From positions 930,001 to 994,000 of the forward strand of contig OZ025790.1 in NCBI GenBank assembly GCA_964019425.1: a stretch of DNA of 64,000 bases, written 5' to 3'. This document shows, one piece after another, positions 22,183 to 31,729 of this stretch. The notes below the pieces were generated by a model. It made no database searches and was not told where the DNA came from. It saw only the letters and a list, made by a program, of their open reading frames with translations. Both the position numbers and the translations under genes were made by a program. Source of the stretch: Flectonema sp. DT1601 (Eukaryota). Every line of letters begins with the position of its first letter. Within the stretch, counting starts at the first letter, position 1.

Positions 22183-23253
22183 CTATCCCCACATACTTTT
22201 CTCTTGTAGTATTAAAGAACGACTTGAGCAACCAACAGTAATAGTGTCACCGATTGATATCTCGTGGGGGCTTTTTGCTGTAAGCTTATTTCCGTTGAGT
22301 TTTGTTCCCCATTGGGAGCCAAGATCCTGAATAAACGTTTTCAATGATGTCGGGTTGTGAAAAATCACAAGATGAGTCCGAGAAACCGACTGATGTTCAA
22401 GTGTGAAGTCCACCACTGCGTCATTCTTACCAATGATATAAAAAGGATGTTTTGAAAGGTCCCAGTTGGTGATCGGTTGACCATCCCTCTCTACTGAGAA
22501 ATATAATTTTTTATCCCGACGACACGCTGTTCCCGGAGGCATAGTAAAGAATTCTCCCTGTTTAGCAATTTTCCGTTTTAAAGCTTTCTCAGCCGATATT
22601 TCTTGTTCAGATCTTTCTTCGGTAATTTTCGCTTTTTTTAGATCATCCCGAGATGTCCTTTCTTCCATCCGACGAGCTTCTTTCTCCTCCTCTCGCGAGA
22701 GTTTAGTTTTTTGTTTGTGGAATAGTGGTGGTGGAGGTGGTGGTGGTAGAAACGTATCTTTTTTTTTTTCAGATTCGATAAGACTTTTTTCAGCTTCATC
22801 AATTGCTGTTTGCTTTCTCAATTTTTTTTCCTTTTTTCTCACCTCTCTGTCACGTTGGTATTGCTGTGACGGGGTCATCACTAAATCATATTTTTTATTC
22901 TCACGAGTTTCGTAATGCTGAAGAGACTTTTGAGTTCTCACGACGGGTTCTGAACTTTTATCAGCCTCAGCGCGGTCATTCCAGTTCGTGATTGATTCGT
23001 TTCCGGTAGTACGCCGGGCATCCAGTCCTTCACCTTGAACATATATGCCTTGTTCAATTGCTGATTTTACTGCTGCTGATTCAACGTAAATATCTTTAGT
23101 GCAATTTCTCCCGTGATGACCAACCTCTCCACATTTATAGCAGGTAACACCCATTCCACAGTCTCTGTGGGTGTGTCCGAATTGACCACATTTTTCACAA
23201 AAGTCCTGGATCACAGCCTGACTGCGGGTTTTTAATTTCAGTTTGAAACCCAT
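22183..23253 (-). CDS. CCHC zinc-knuckle + FHA domain protein
   Basis: CEKCGQFGHTHRDC and CYKCGEVGHHGRNC knuckles; FHA motifs IIGK...SVSRTH...DLGSQWGTKLNG. Confidence 0.85.
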   Translation of the reverse strand: MGFKLKLKTRSQAVIQDFCEKCGQFGHTHRDCGMGVTCYKCGEVGHHGRNCTKDIYVESAAVKSAIEQGIYVQGEGLDARRTTGNESITNWNDRAEADKSSEPVVRTQKSLQHYETRENKKYDLVMTPSQQYQRDREVRKKEKKLRKQTAIDEAEKSLIESEKKKDTFLPPPPPPPLFHKQKTKLSREEEKEARRMEERTSRDDLKKAKITEERSEQEISAEKALKRKIAKQGEFFTMPPGTACRRDKKLYFSVERDGQPITNWDLSKHPFYIIGKNDAVVDFTLEHQSVSRTHLVIFHNPTSLKTFIQDLGSQWGTKLNGNKLTAKSPHEISIGDTITVGCSSRSLILQEKSMWG

Positions 23254-23686
23254 TTTTATATTATTTTTAAGTACCTTTTTTTTTTTTTTTTTTTGGAAAA
23301 ATAGAATTTTATTTTTTTTGCAATCGGAGTCAGTGCTTAAGAAAGCAACACTGCGAAAAATAACATGTCATCTGGTTCCGTGGACGTGGTCGATGAATTC
23401 CCTTTCGACACCATAACCGTTGTCGTGAGGCTGTTTAAAAAAATTAATAGTAATTTACACACAATCCCCACATAGCTGACCTTAATAAAAAATGAAAGTG
23501 CAGGTACGTTGCTGAAATTGTGAAAGGTGCGTGGGAGAGAGCAGAGAGAAAAAAGAAGAAAAAAAAGGAAAAGAGGGTAAATTGATACTGCATTCTTAAG
23601 CTCAAAAGGAACAACAATTTCTCAGACAATCTTGACTGTCAGCGGCAGCGTAGTAAATGACTGCAAAAGAATGGAGGGGAAATACT

Positions 23687-23884
23687 CAGTTTAATTCTGT
23701 AAAGAATTTTTTTTCATCCAACAGCAGGGGAGGGCTAACTGTTTGATTTAGCATAAAATACAGATGTATTGTATCATAAACAACATAACGATAATTTAAC
23801 ATTAGTCTTAGATACAGTGACTAAAGGTAATGTTAGTGTTGGCAACCAGTCTAATTCTGTAAGGAATACATTTGCATCCAACAG
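23687..23884. repeat. Family E element with terminal direct repeats (38 nt, 6 mismatches)
   Basis: Core ATGTATTGTATCATAAACAACATAACGATAATTT shared with 35285-35487; direct repeats at 23687-23724 and 23847-23884. Confidence 0.8.
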
Positions 23885-24072
23885 AAAGTAGTAGCAATGT
23901 ACTCTCCATTATTAAAAAGGATTCTCTGCTTACTTACATATCCCTTGGCGGTATCAACATGAAGTAATTATTTAGTAATAAAAAAGAAAACAATAACGTA
24001 ACTTAAGAATATCAACCAAGAGACTTGACGAAGCTCTGTAAAGAGTTTCTTCTCCGAGATATGTAACAAAAT

Positions 24073-24213
24073 AGAATCGGCAAACTTCACTTTTTTTTAC
24101 TTCACAAACTTTTTATTTTGTTTGTTGCGCAACTGGTACAAAATCCTAATAAAGGAATAGGTTAGTTACGGTATCACAATTCTCTTTCTATCGAACAATT
24201 GGTTCGTAGGTAC
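24073..24213 (+). mobile_element. Short interspersed element, family B copy 1
   Basis: AGAATCGG...GCGCAACTGGTACAAAATCCTAATAAAGGAATAG...ATTCTCTTTCT-hairpin-GTAC-(A)n; homologous to 29636-29774 and 57754-57881. Confidence 0.8.
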
Positions 24214-24230
24214 AAAAAAAAAGAAAAACA

Positions 24231-27200
24231 TCACTTACATGCTGCGTTTTCGTACCTAGAAATTAATTCAGTCAAGGTAGAAACTTCAACACAATTAATC
24301 AGAATAGTTTCTGAAGCCAATCGAAGCAGCTGACCAGCAGCAGTGACAATAGTATCACCAACACCTTTGTAGTGATTTGCTAAGTAGTTTGATACAACTG
24401 GTGGGATTTCGGGAGACACAGCCAGAAGGCGACAAGCTGATCTCCACGCAAATGGAGACTTTGATGCGGGAAGCTCTTCAGCAACACACGATTCATAAAA
24501 TGAATCATCACAATTAACGACCCCGCTATAATATAAAAACGCTGCCCTGCTAAAAGGATAACAGCTACTTAAATCTTGAAACAAACTGAGCAAGGATTCA
24601 CACAGAGCCTTTTCATCCAACGTGACCAGAGTATCAAGCAACGAAGCAACGACAACAGCATGATAAGGCGTCTTTATGTAATTCGATCGTGCAACAAGTT
24701 TATTGGCAACGTCAACACCCTCGAACTCACTCACTAAGCTTGCACGTACTTCGCATAGTAACACTAAGTAAGAGTCATTGCGAACCTTGTCGCAGCCTTC
24801 GAGAATAGCTTTATCTCTCACGGTGCTCCATAGAGCAGTAGGTGGTGTGATAAACTCAGTGTACCATCCATGTAGATAAGATCGGAGGGTAAGACCGTAT
24901 AAAACCATTCTGTCATTCCCAACAGGATTGTCTTTTAATTTCAAACAAAGATCGAAAGTCTGCCGAGCGTTACCTAAGAACATTTGAATGATGATCTCTA
25001 TACTATAAAGTGTGTAAATGACTGTTGGTCTTGTTGATAACACCAAGTCAGTGGTATCAACGATAGAATCGCATAACGACCTCACCAATGGATAGACACT
25101 TATTTCTTCTGTTTGCGTTAAGATGTCATCTTTTTCTAAAATACTGGTTTTGGTATTCGCGAGCAGCATACACGTGATCGGTGATTGTCTCAGTAGTATC
25201 GGATCTGTTGATGAGTATATTTTATTATTTTTTTTATCATTTTTTGGAGTCGAATTCCTTCCCCTTTTAACCATGTATCTAATAGCCATGGTCAACTCAA
25301 TCCATTCTCGTAATAAATTCTTTTTAACTGATCTATATAAAGACTCCAGCTTTTCAACTGTGCCGGAATAGAACGCAAATTCCAGCCTCAACATTAAAAC
25401 CTGATTCCATAAAAAATCAGATTCACTTAAGCTTCGAGTTTCTATTGTCTGAGATTGAAAACAGCACATCTTTTTTTGTTTCTTCATCGTTGATGTTCCT
25501 TTTTTGTCTGGTTTTTTAACTAGATCAAGCGTATCAAGAGATGCTTGCATGTTTCCAGTTTCATACAACACAAATGAAGCGTCTGCTGGTATTTGGTAAA
25601 TAGGGTCTAGTTGAGTCGTGTCAAGTTTATTTTTTTCACTACACGAGAGAAGCTCAGCGAGAATCTTTATAGCTTCATCAAACTTACCTTTTCGAATTTG
25701 TATTTTGTAAAAATCTGAGAGATCGGGCCATCCAGTTTCCCAACCATGACACTTTCTATGATGGGGCACCAGTAAGTGAAGAGGAGTTGGAGGGCTTGCC
25801 TTCATCATGTTCATCGCCACTATATTATGGAGTCGGCGACGCTCTCTTACAAGGACCGTGTTGTAGATAACGTCTCTCACGGTGCTTCTGACAAAGAAAA
25901 TCGAATCACCTTGAGACCCACCTTTTATCTTCTTGAGTAGCCCAATGGAGTATAAATCTTGTAAAGTGTTGGCCACATCTTCAGATAGAAATCCTCCCTC
26001 CTCATGAAGACATTCATAAAGTAAATTAGATGAGAATCGAAGACCCAATACAGCAGCTAGGGATAATATTTTCTTTTGTGGTGGTGTCAACCGATCAACA
26101 AAAGCCATCACGGAAGCTTCAATCGTGGGAATCACTGACGTTATTTGCTCGTCTATTTCTGCTTCAGCAGATGCAACAACTCTCCCCGTTAAGTCAACTC
26201 TGATGAGCTTCATTTCTAACAAGACCTCAGTCATCTCTGTGAGACATCCTGGGATGCCATCACTTTTTTCACGTAATTGTGCTGCTAAGTTTGGATGAAC
26301 GTGTGTTCCGTGTGAAATAAATCTTATCATATCAACGCAGTCTTGTAATTCCAGGGGTTCAAGCGCGATGCGTGTTGCTGCTTGAGAATCGAGAACGGCT
26401 TGGTGAAGCATTTCGTATCCGTTTCCAGATCCAAGAATGGGAATGTTATAGTTTTCTTCAGAACTCCCGATCGATTCGATGAGTGATAATTTCCTATCAA
26501 TCGGAACGGAAGTGTTTGGACCCATCACATCGGCTTTCAACGTTGCAATTATCAATACCCCAGCGCTATTGGCATCCGCCAAGAATCTCGCTGTTGCGTC
26601 ATCCACCCACTGGACGTCATCCACAGCTATCGCAAAAGAACCCCAATGAGACTTCAACATCGCCAATGCAAGTGAATTCGTACGTTTAAATCTCTCTTCC
26701 AACGGCAGCTCATCAAGCATAGGTCCACCTAGCGGAATCTCTCTCATTTTGATAATATGATGAATCAGAGGAATGTATTGTTTGTGTTGTTGCGGTATAA
26801 CATTCTGTAATGCTATAATACTTCCTTCATTGAACATTCTGCTTACAATTGGTCGTAAGGCTGCGTATTGTTCTTTCATAAGAGGTTCCTTGCATTTTAT
26901 AAATAGAACAGGAAGTGGTGAAATGTCGATTGTTTTTAGTAGGAGTTGTGTTTTTCCAATGCGAGATTCACCAGTTATGACGAGAGCTTTGTCAGAAGCT
27001 TTGTCAGAATGAGACTTCGCAAACCTTTTAATAAGTTTATCAATAGTAGCGACTTCAGTTCCTCTTCCAAAGAGAGGTGGAGCCTCTGAATTTACACTTT
27101 CAGCAGCGTATTCTACGCTGCAATCCGAATCAGATCCAAGAGTGGGGGTTCGTGGTGACACAGCTCCCGCAGATGCTCGTTTAATATTTCTCGGCGCCTG

Positions 27201-28913
27201 TCGATTCCCTCTCTTTGATGTAGGAGAATCACTGCACAATAGAGATCTGCCAGAGCCTGTTTTTTCTACGTTCTCAATGACTGAATTTCCAGCAATTCTT
27301 TTTGCACCAAAACCTCCTTCGGAAGTCATGTTGATTCGAAAAGATGCCTTTGGGAACAGGGTTTTCTTCATAACAAGCACGCTCATATTCTTATTTTTTA
27401 GTTTAAAAGAACTTTTATTGCTTCCCATTGAAATTCTACTGCCGTTGCTGGAGACGGTTCCTACCGAGGAAATCGATCGACCAGACTCAGACCCTGAATT
27501 GCTATCACAACCAGATCCGGTTTTAAATTCATGAATTGATTGCTTTTGACCGACTACATGAAAGCATCTCAGCGGTTCTGGTTGTCCTTTCAGTAGGATT
27601 GCTTCAGCTTCTACTACCTGCTGTCCTAAGTTTTCAATGTCTTTGGCAGATTGAGTCTCTTCATCGATTATCATATGTCGTCTTTTCGTCGCATATGTCG
27701 AAGCTTTTTGCATCAATCTAGCAGCTATATTCACACCATCTCCTAAAACTGTATATTCACAGCGGTATGCAGATCCAGTCAACCCACAAAAGACTGATGC
27801 TCTCGAAATCCCAACAGCTATCGGACATTTAATTAGTTTGTGAATTCTTTTTCCGACGCCTAAGGCGAATCTGACTGATCGTACAGAGTCGTTTTCGTGA
27901 CTGTGAAGTGGTATGCCGAATAGGCAAAGGCATATTAAACCTTTATCGTCCATCATTACTTTATTTAAAACACCATCGTATGTTTGTAAGCCTTTTTGAA
28001 CTGCTTTCATGCATTGGTTTATGTCGCTGTGAAGGGTCGATTCGTCGGTGTTAACGCAGTCGACGGATGTTAATTTTATGAAAACTGTTGAGACAGTTCT
28101 CATACTGCCGATTGATTCGTTGCAAGACATGGCTGATAGCACTGAATCGAATGAAAACAACGCCGCGTTTTGTTTTTGTTCGCTGTTGAAAGCGATTTTT
28201 GATTTATTTCTGCGTTTAGATGCTGCTGTCGGAACGTTTTCAGCAGATTTATAAAGTCGAAATGACACTTCCTCTCCCCGAATAATTTCTTTTAACTCCG
28301 AAGACTTTATATTCGCTCCAGCTGAAATTATAATTTGTTCCATTTTTGAAGATATAACTAGCTGACCATCAGTTCCAAGATTCGCTGCTGCGCATGCTAA
28401 CTCAACAGGAGATCCAGTAATCAGGTAGCGCCACTGACCACCACCTCCAACTATCATTTGGTTTAATTTTCCATAAGAGCTTCCTATATGAAGTTGCATT
28501 GTACATTCTATTGACTGCCTTCCCGTGTTAATCGTAAATGAGTATCGACCTGCATCAGACAAGAGGGTAGTTCCGCATAGGAATGCCGTGCATGCTGATT
28601 GAGGTCCTTCAGAAGCCCAGCAGACCATCATAGCGTCTCCAGAAAAGAATATAATATCACCATGGTGAGCTCTGACCACTTCTATTAACTGCTCGAAATA
28701 CGCATTTAGATGAAAAGACAGCGACTCAGCTCCTTCTTCTGTAAATTTTTGCAATTTACTTGCGACGGATGAAAATCCTGAAATGTCAACAAACAATAGA
28801 CAACCTTCTCCAACTTCATATTCCGCATTTATAACACCACTCAATTTAGCAGCCACACACTCCGGAAGTAGAGATTTCAGCTTCTCATCACTAAGGTTGT
28901 CAGTATTGACCAT
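24231..28913 (-). CDS. Soluble adenylyl cyclase (ADCY10-like): two cyclase domains + STAND-type P-loop NTPase + helical C-terminus
   Basis: FVDISGFS, FFSGDAM, DDKG, VLGDGVNIAARLMQ; Walker A GESRIGKT; Walker B IAVDDVQWVD. Confidence 0.9.
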   Translation of the reverse strand: MVNTDNLSDEKLKSLLPECVAAKLSGVINAEYEVGEGCLLFVDISGFSSVASKLQKFTEEGAESLSFHLNAYFEQLIEVVRAHHGDIIFFSGDAMMVCWASEGPQSACTAFLCGTTLLSDAGRYSFTINTGRQSIECTMQLHIGSSYGKLNQMIVGGGGQWRYLITGSPVELACAAANLGTDGQLVISSKMEQIIISAGANIKSSELKEIIRGEEVSFRLYKSAENVPTAASKRRNKSKIAFNSEQKQNAALFSFDSVLSAMSCNESIGSMRTVSTVFIKLTSVDCVNTDESTLHSDINQCMKAVQKGLQTYDGVLNKVMMDDKGLICLCLFGIPLHSHENDSVRSVRFALGVGKRIHKLIKCPIAVGISRASVFCGLTGSAYRCEYTVLGDGVNIAARLMQKASTYATKRRHMIIDEETQSAKDIENLGQQVVEAEAILLKGQPEPLRCFHVVGQKQSIHEFKTGSGCDSNSGSESGRSISSVGTVSSNGSRISMGSNKSSFKLKNKNMSVLVMKKTLFPKASFRINMTSEGGFGAKRIAGNSVIENVEKTGSGRSLLCSDSPTSKRGNRQAPRNIKRASAGAVSPRTPTLGSDSDCSVEYAAESVNSEAPPLFGRGTEVATIDKLIKRFAKSHSDKASDKALVITGESRIGKTQLLLKTIDISPLPVLFIKCKEPLMKEQYAALRPIVSRMFNEGSIIALQNVIPQQHKQYIPLIHHIIKMREIPLGGPMLDELPLEERFKRTNSLALAMLKSHWGSFAIAVDDVQWVDDATARFLADANSAGVLIIATLKADVMGPNTSVPIDRKLSLIESIGSSEENYNIPILGSGNGYEMLHQAVLDSQAATRIALEPLELQDCVDMIRFISHGTHVHPNLAAQLREKSDGIPGCLTEMTEVLLEMKLIRVDLTGRVVASAEAEIDEQITSVIPTIEASVMAFVDRLTPPQKKILSLAAVLGLRFSSNLLYECLHEEGGFLSEDVANTLQDLYSIGLLKKIKGGSQGDSIFFVRSTVRDVIYNTVLVRERRRLHNIVAMNMMKASPPTPLHLLVPHHRKCHGWETGWPDLSDFYKIQIRKGKFDEAIKILAELLSCSEKNKLDTTQLDPIYQIPADASFVLYETGNMQASLDTLDLVKKPDKKGTSTMKKQKKMCCFQSQTIETRSLSESDFLWNQVLMLRLEFAFYSGTVEKLESLYRSVKKNLLREWIELTMAIRYMVKRGRNSTPKNDKKNNKIYSSTDPILLRQSPITCMLLANTKTSILEKDDILTQTEEISVYPLVRSLCDSIVDTTDLVLSTRPTVIYTLYSIEIIIQMFLGNARQTFDLCLKLKDNPVGNDRMVLYGLTLRSYLHGWYTEFITPPTALWSTVRDKAILEGCDKVRNDSYLVLLCEVRASLVSEFEGVDVANKLVARSNYIKTPYHAVVVASLLDTLVTLDEKALCESLLSLFQDLSSCYPFSRAAFLYYSGVVNCDDSFYESCVAEELPASKSPFAWRSACRLLAVSPEIPPVVSNYLANHYKGVGDTIVTAAGQLLRLASETILINCVEVSTLTELISRYENAACK

Positions 28914-28919
28914 CAGTGG

Positions 28920-28951
<32 letters not shown>

Positions 28952-29294
28952 CAATTCAGGTATTTTGGATATTAAGTTCTACTTTCGCATCATAATTTAT
29001 GGAAGAGGGTTCTGTTATTACAAAATTAATAAGAGAGATTGTGAGATTCAAGAGAGGTAAAAAAAAGTCGTTATGCCCTCCCTAAAATGAGTGAATAGTG
29101 TTTCCTGCGATGAGAGAGAGATGAGTTGTTGTTTTTTTTGTTCGTAACACCAAAAAAAAAAAAAAAAAAAAAGGGTCATTTTGTAGAAATAAAAAATATA
29201 AATAACATAACTATAGAATAGACTATCAATAAAATCATCACACCTCAGCACCAAAGCAAGTCGGGTTGCAAGTGTAGCTGCTGCTACGAGAAAA

Positions 29295-29470
29295 AGAATC
29301 GGCTTTAACCTAAACTATACAGAACATAGTAATAAAACACTAGTTGATGTTTTTTTTTTTTTTTTTTTTTTTTTTTGTGTCACGAATCTGTAACTTAAAA
29401 TTGATAAAGCTAAAGAAGGTTTGCGTGCGACGCCTACGTCTCCGAAGACTTTGTATGTCGAACAAGTATG
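29295..29470 (+). repeat. Dispersed repeat family C
   Basis: AGAATCGGCTTTAACCTAAACTATACAGAACATAGTAATA...TAAAGCTAAAG; related copies at ~41900-42030 and ~40919-40990. Confidence 0.75.
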
Positions 29471-29635
29471 CATTTTTGCAATTCATTTTTTTTTTTTTTT
29501 CTTCTCTTCTTCCCCCAACAACAGCAACAAACAAAGTAAACAAATAAAAATAAAGAAACGAAAGCCTAAAACCTTCATAACTCTCTTTTCAAATGAGATT
29601 CTTAATTTGGCTTTTAAATCAGCCAATTGGTTTTT

Positions 29636-29774
29636 GTACCCACAAAACCAATTGTTCGGTAGAAAGAGAATCGTGACGCTATTCCTTTATTATGATTTTG
29701 TACCAGTTGCGTACAAAACAAAACAAAAGTGTGAAGTAAAAAAAGTAAAAAAAAAAGTGAAGCCGGCCGATTCT
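29636..29774 (-). mobile_element. Short interspersed element, family B copy 2 (inverted)
   Basis: Reverse complement matches copies 1 and 3. Confidence 0.8.
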
Positions 29775-30850
29775 TTTTTTTTCTATTATTTTCTCTGCCC
29801 TAAGTAAGACAAAGATTAATCGGAATTTTTTTTTTTTTTTTTTTTTTTTTCTTCTTCTCGCACGAAGGCTGATATAGAATTATCAACTGAGGGGGTTTTT
29901 TTTTTTTTTTTTTAAATCCCGGGGGGAAATTTTTTTTTTAAAAAAAAAATAATCATGAGTAGTGGCAGTTAGTTAAGATTCTTTTTTCCAAGTCCAGTAC
30001 TGATGACAGCGGAGATCTGGGTAACCCGCTCTAGTAGAGAACCCAATCACTGGAGATAACTTTATAACTTTGGTTGGGAGGATCAATTCCCAACGCACCA
30101 CCTTACCCAGATACTAACACAAATAACACAGAACGAGAGAGAGAAGTGAAGACTAATAAATTTTCTATTTTCTATATTTCTGAAAGAAATAATTACGTTA
30201 TCTCTAATGCTGTCATACCTTCTAATTTTTTTTTTTTTTTTAAAAAAACCTAGAAGACGACCAGGCCATTCACTCCCAAGCATTAATGCGTACCGAAGGC
30301 TTTAAAAGAATAATCACAAAAAAAAAGAAAAATTAGTCAACGCGATTAACTATACCAATTTGTAAAGAAACAGAATAAAAATGAGACTGGCCTCGACTGT
30401 TGGACTACTCGTCAATAGCGAAGCGAACAAACGCTGCCCCATTCCAAATGTAGCACTCACTTAGGTGGAATACACATCTGTCAGAATCTATTAAAAAAAA
30501 CGGTGTAATAAAGCAAGAATAAAAAAAGAGAAAACTGAAAAAATATTGTTTTTCAAAAAAAAAAAAACTAATCCATTAAGGGCTGTGCCAACCACAAACA
30601 ACATGAGCTTAATATGGGTTTTCTTTTTTTTAAAAATTTTTTTTTCAAAACCCCAATCCCTATCACGATATTAATCTCAGCTATTTAAAAGAGCCCATGT
30701 ACATGAGCTGATGTTGGGACAAACTATGAAAAAAACTATTTCCATTTTTTGTTGTTATTTTTCTGTCTTGAGGTCAGACTTTTTGTAAAATATGAAACAA
30801 TGAAAAAAAAAAAAAAACTTCAAAAAAAAATAATAAACCAAAATGATATG

Positions 30851-31636
30851 TTAGAGAGCTTCTCTCAAATCCATTCTGCAACATGGACAACTACTTTTTT
30901 CTTCAGTCAACCACTTGTCAATACACTTTGGATGATAATAATCGCTACATGGTAGGGAACGACGTTCATCAGTTATGTCTTCAAGACAGATTCCACAGGT
31001 CAGGGTATCTGATAGGCTGTCAACACGAATTATCGGAAAGATTGAAATCTCCTCAGGAGTGAGGGTCACCCTAACATGACCTACCTCATCAGTAAGATGC
31101 AATAGTTCTTCATAAGTCATTCTATCAACGTCAACATCATTATGACGACGATGATTGCGATTATGTTGCTGACGATAAGGTTGCTGACGATTATGATGAT
31201 GTTGTTGGTGTCCATTACTACGATTATGATGATGAGGAACAGCAATCCTCCGAAGGAGTTCATGAGCATGAAGCTGCTCATTTCCAACCAAGGCATTAAA
31301 CTGTATTCTCTCATTGCCATTATTATTATGAAATAAATTACAGTTCTGAATTCCTCTGCTGGCAGCATCATCATACTCTCCCGGCATTGCTCTTCTCTGA
31401 TATCTCTGAACCCAGGGGTCCATATGATGGTGTCTTTCAGGCCGTGCTGGAGCTGGTGCTGGTGCTGGAGCTGGTGCTGGTGCTGGAGCTGGAGCTGGAG
31501 CTGGTCTCCTGTTGTTTTGCGAGTCTCCCAGACTTGCTCGCTGGGCTGCAGCTACCATCTGACTCTCAACTTGTTGTTCGTCGTAGTCTTCGAATGACCC
31601 AAAACCATCTGAATCTGTGCTGTCAAAATATATCAT
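30851..31636 (-). CDS. RING-H2 E3 ubiquitin ligase
   Basis: DVDRMTYEELLHL motif followed by CGICLED...LPCSDYYHPKCIDKWL...CPCCR; (PA)n and His-rich linker. Confidence 0.88.
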   Translation of the reverse strand: MIYFDSTDSDGFGSFEDYDEQQVESQMVAAAQRASLGDSQNNRRPAPAPAPAPAPAPAPAPAPARPERHHHMDPWVQRYQRRAMPGEYDDAASRGIQNCNLFHNNNGNERIQFNALVGNEQLHAHELLRRIAVPHHHNRSNGHQQHHHNRQQPYRQQHNRNHRRHNDVDVDRMTYEELLHLTDEVGHVRVTLTPEEISIFPIIRVDSLSDTLTCGICLEDITDERRSLPCSDYYHPKCIDKWLTEEKSSCPCCRMDLREAL

Positions 31637-31729
31637 TTTACTTTATTGATCGACTGCTGTATGAATGAAGTAAGTAACTTATTAAAAACAATAATATCAA
31701 TCCCTAACATATAAAATATTTCTCAACCA

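Noticed and set aside
29310..29340. Spliced-leader RNA or retroposed SL (reverse complement contains TTCTGTA)
   Set aside because: Only a 7-nt resemblance; the rest of the SL exon and the adjoining donor are absent.
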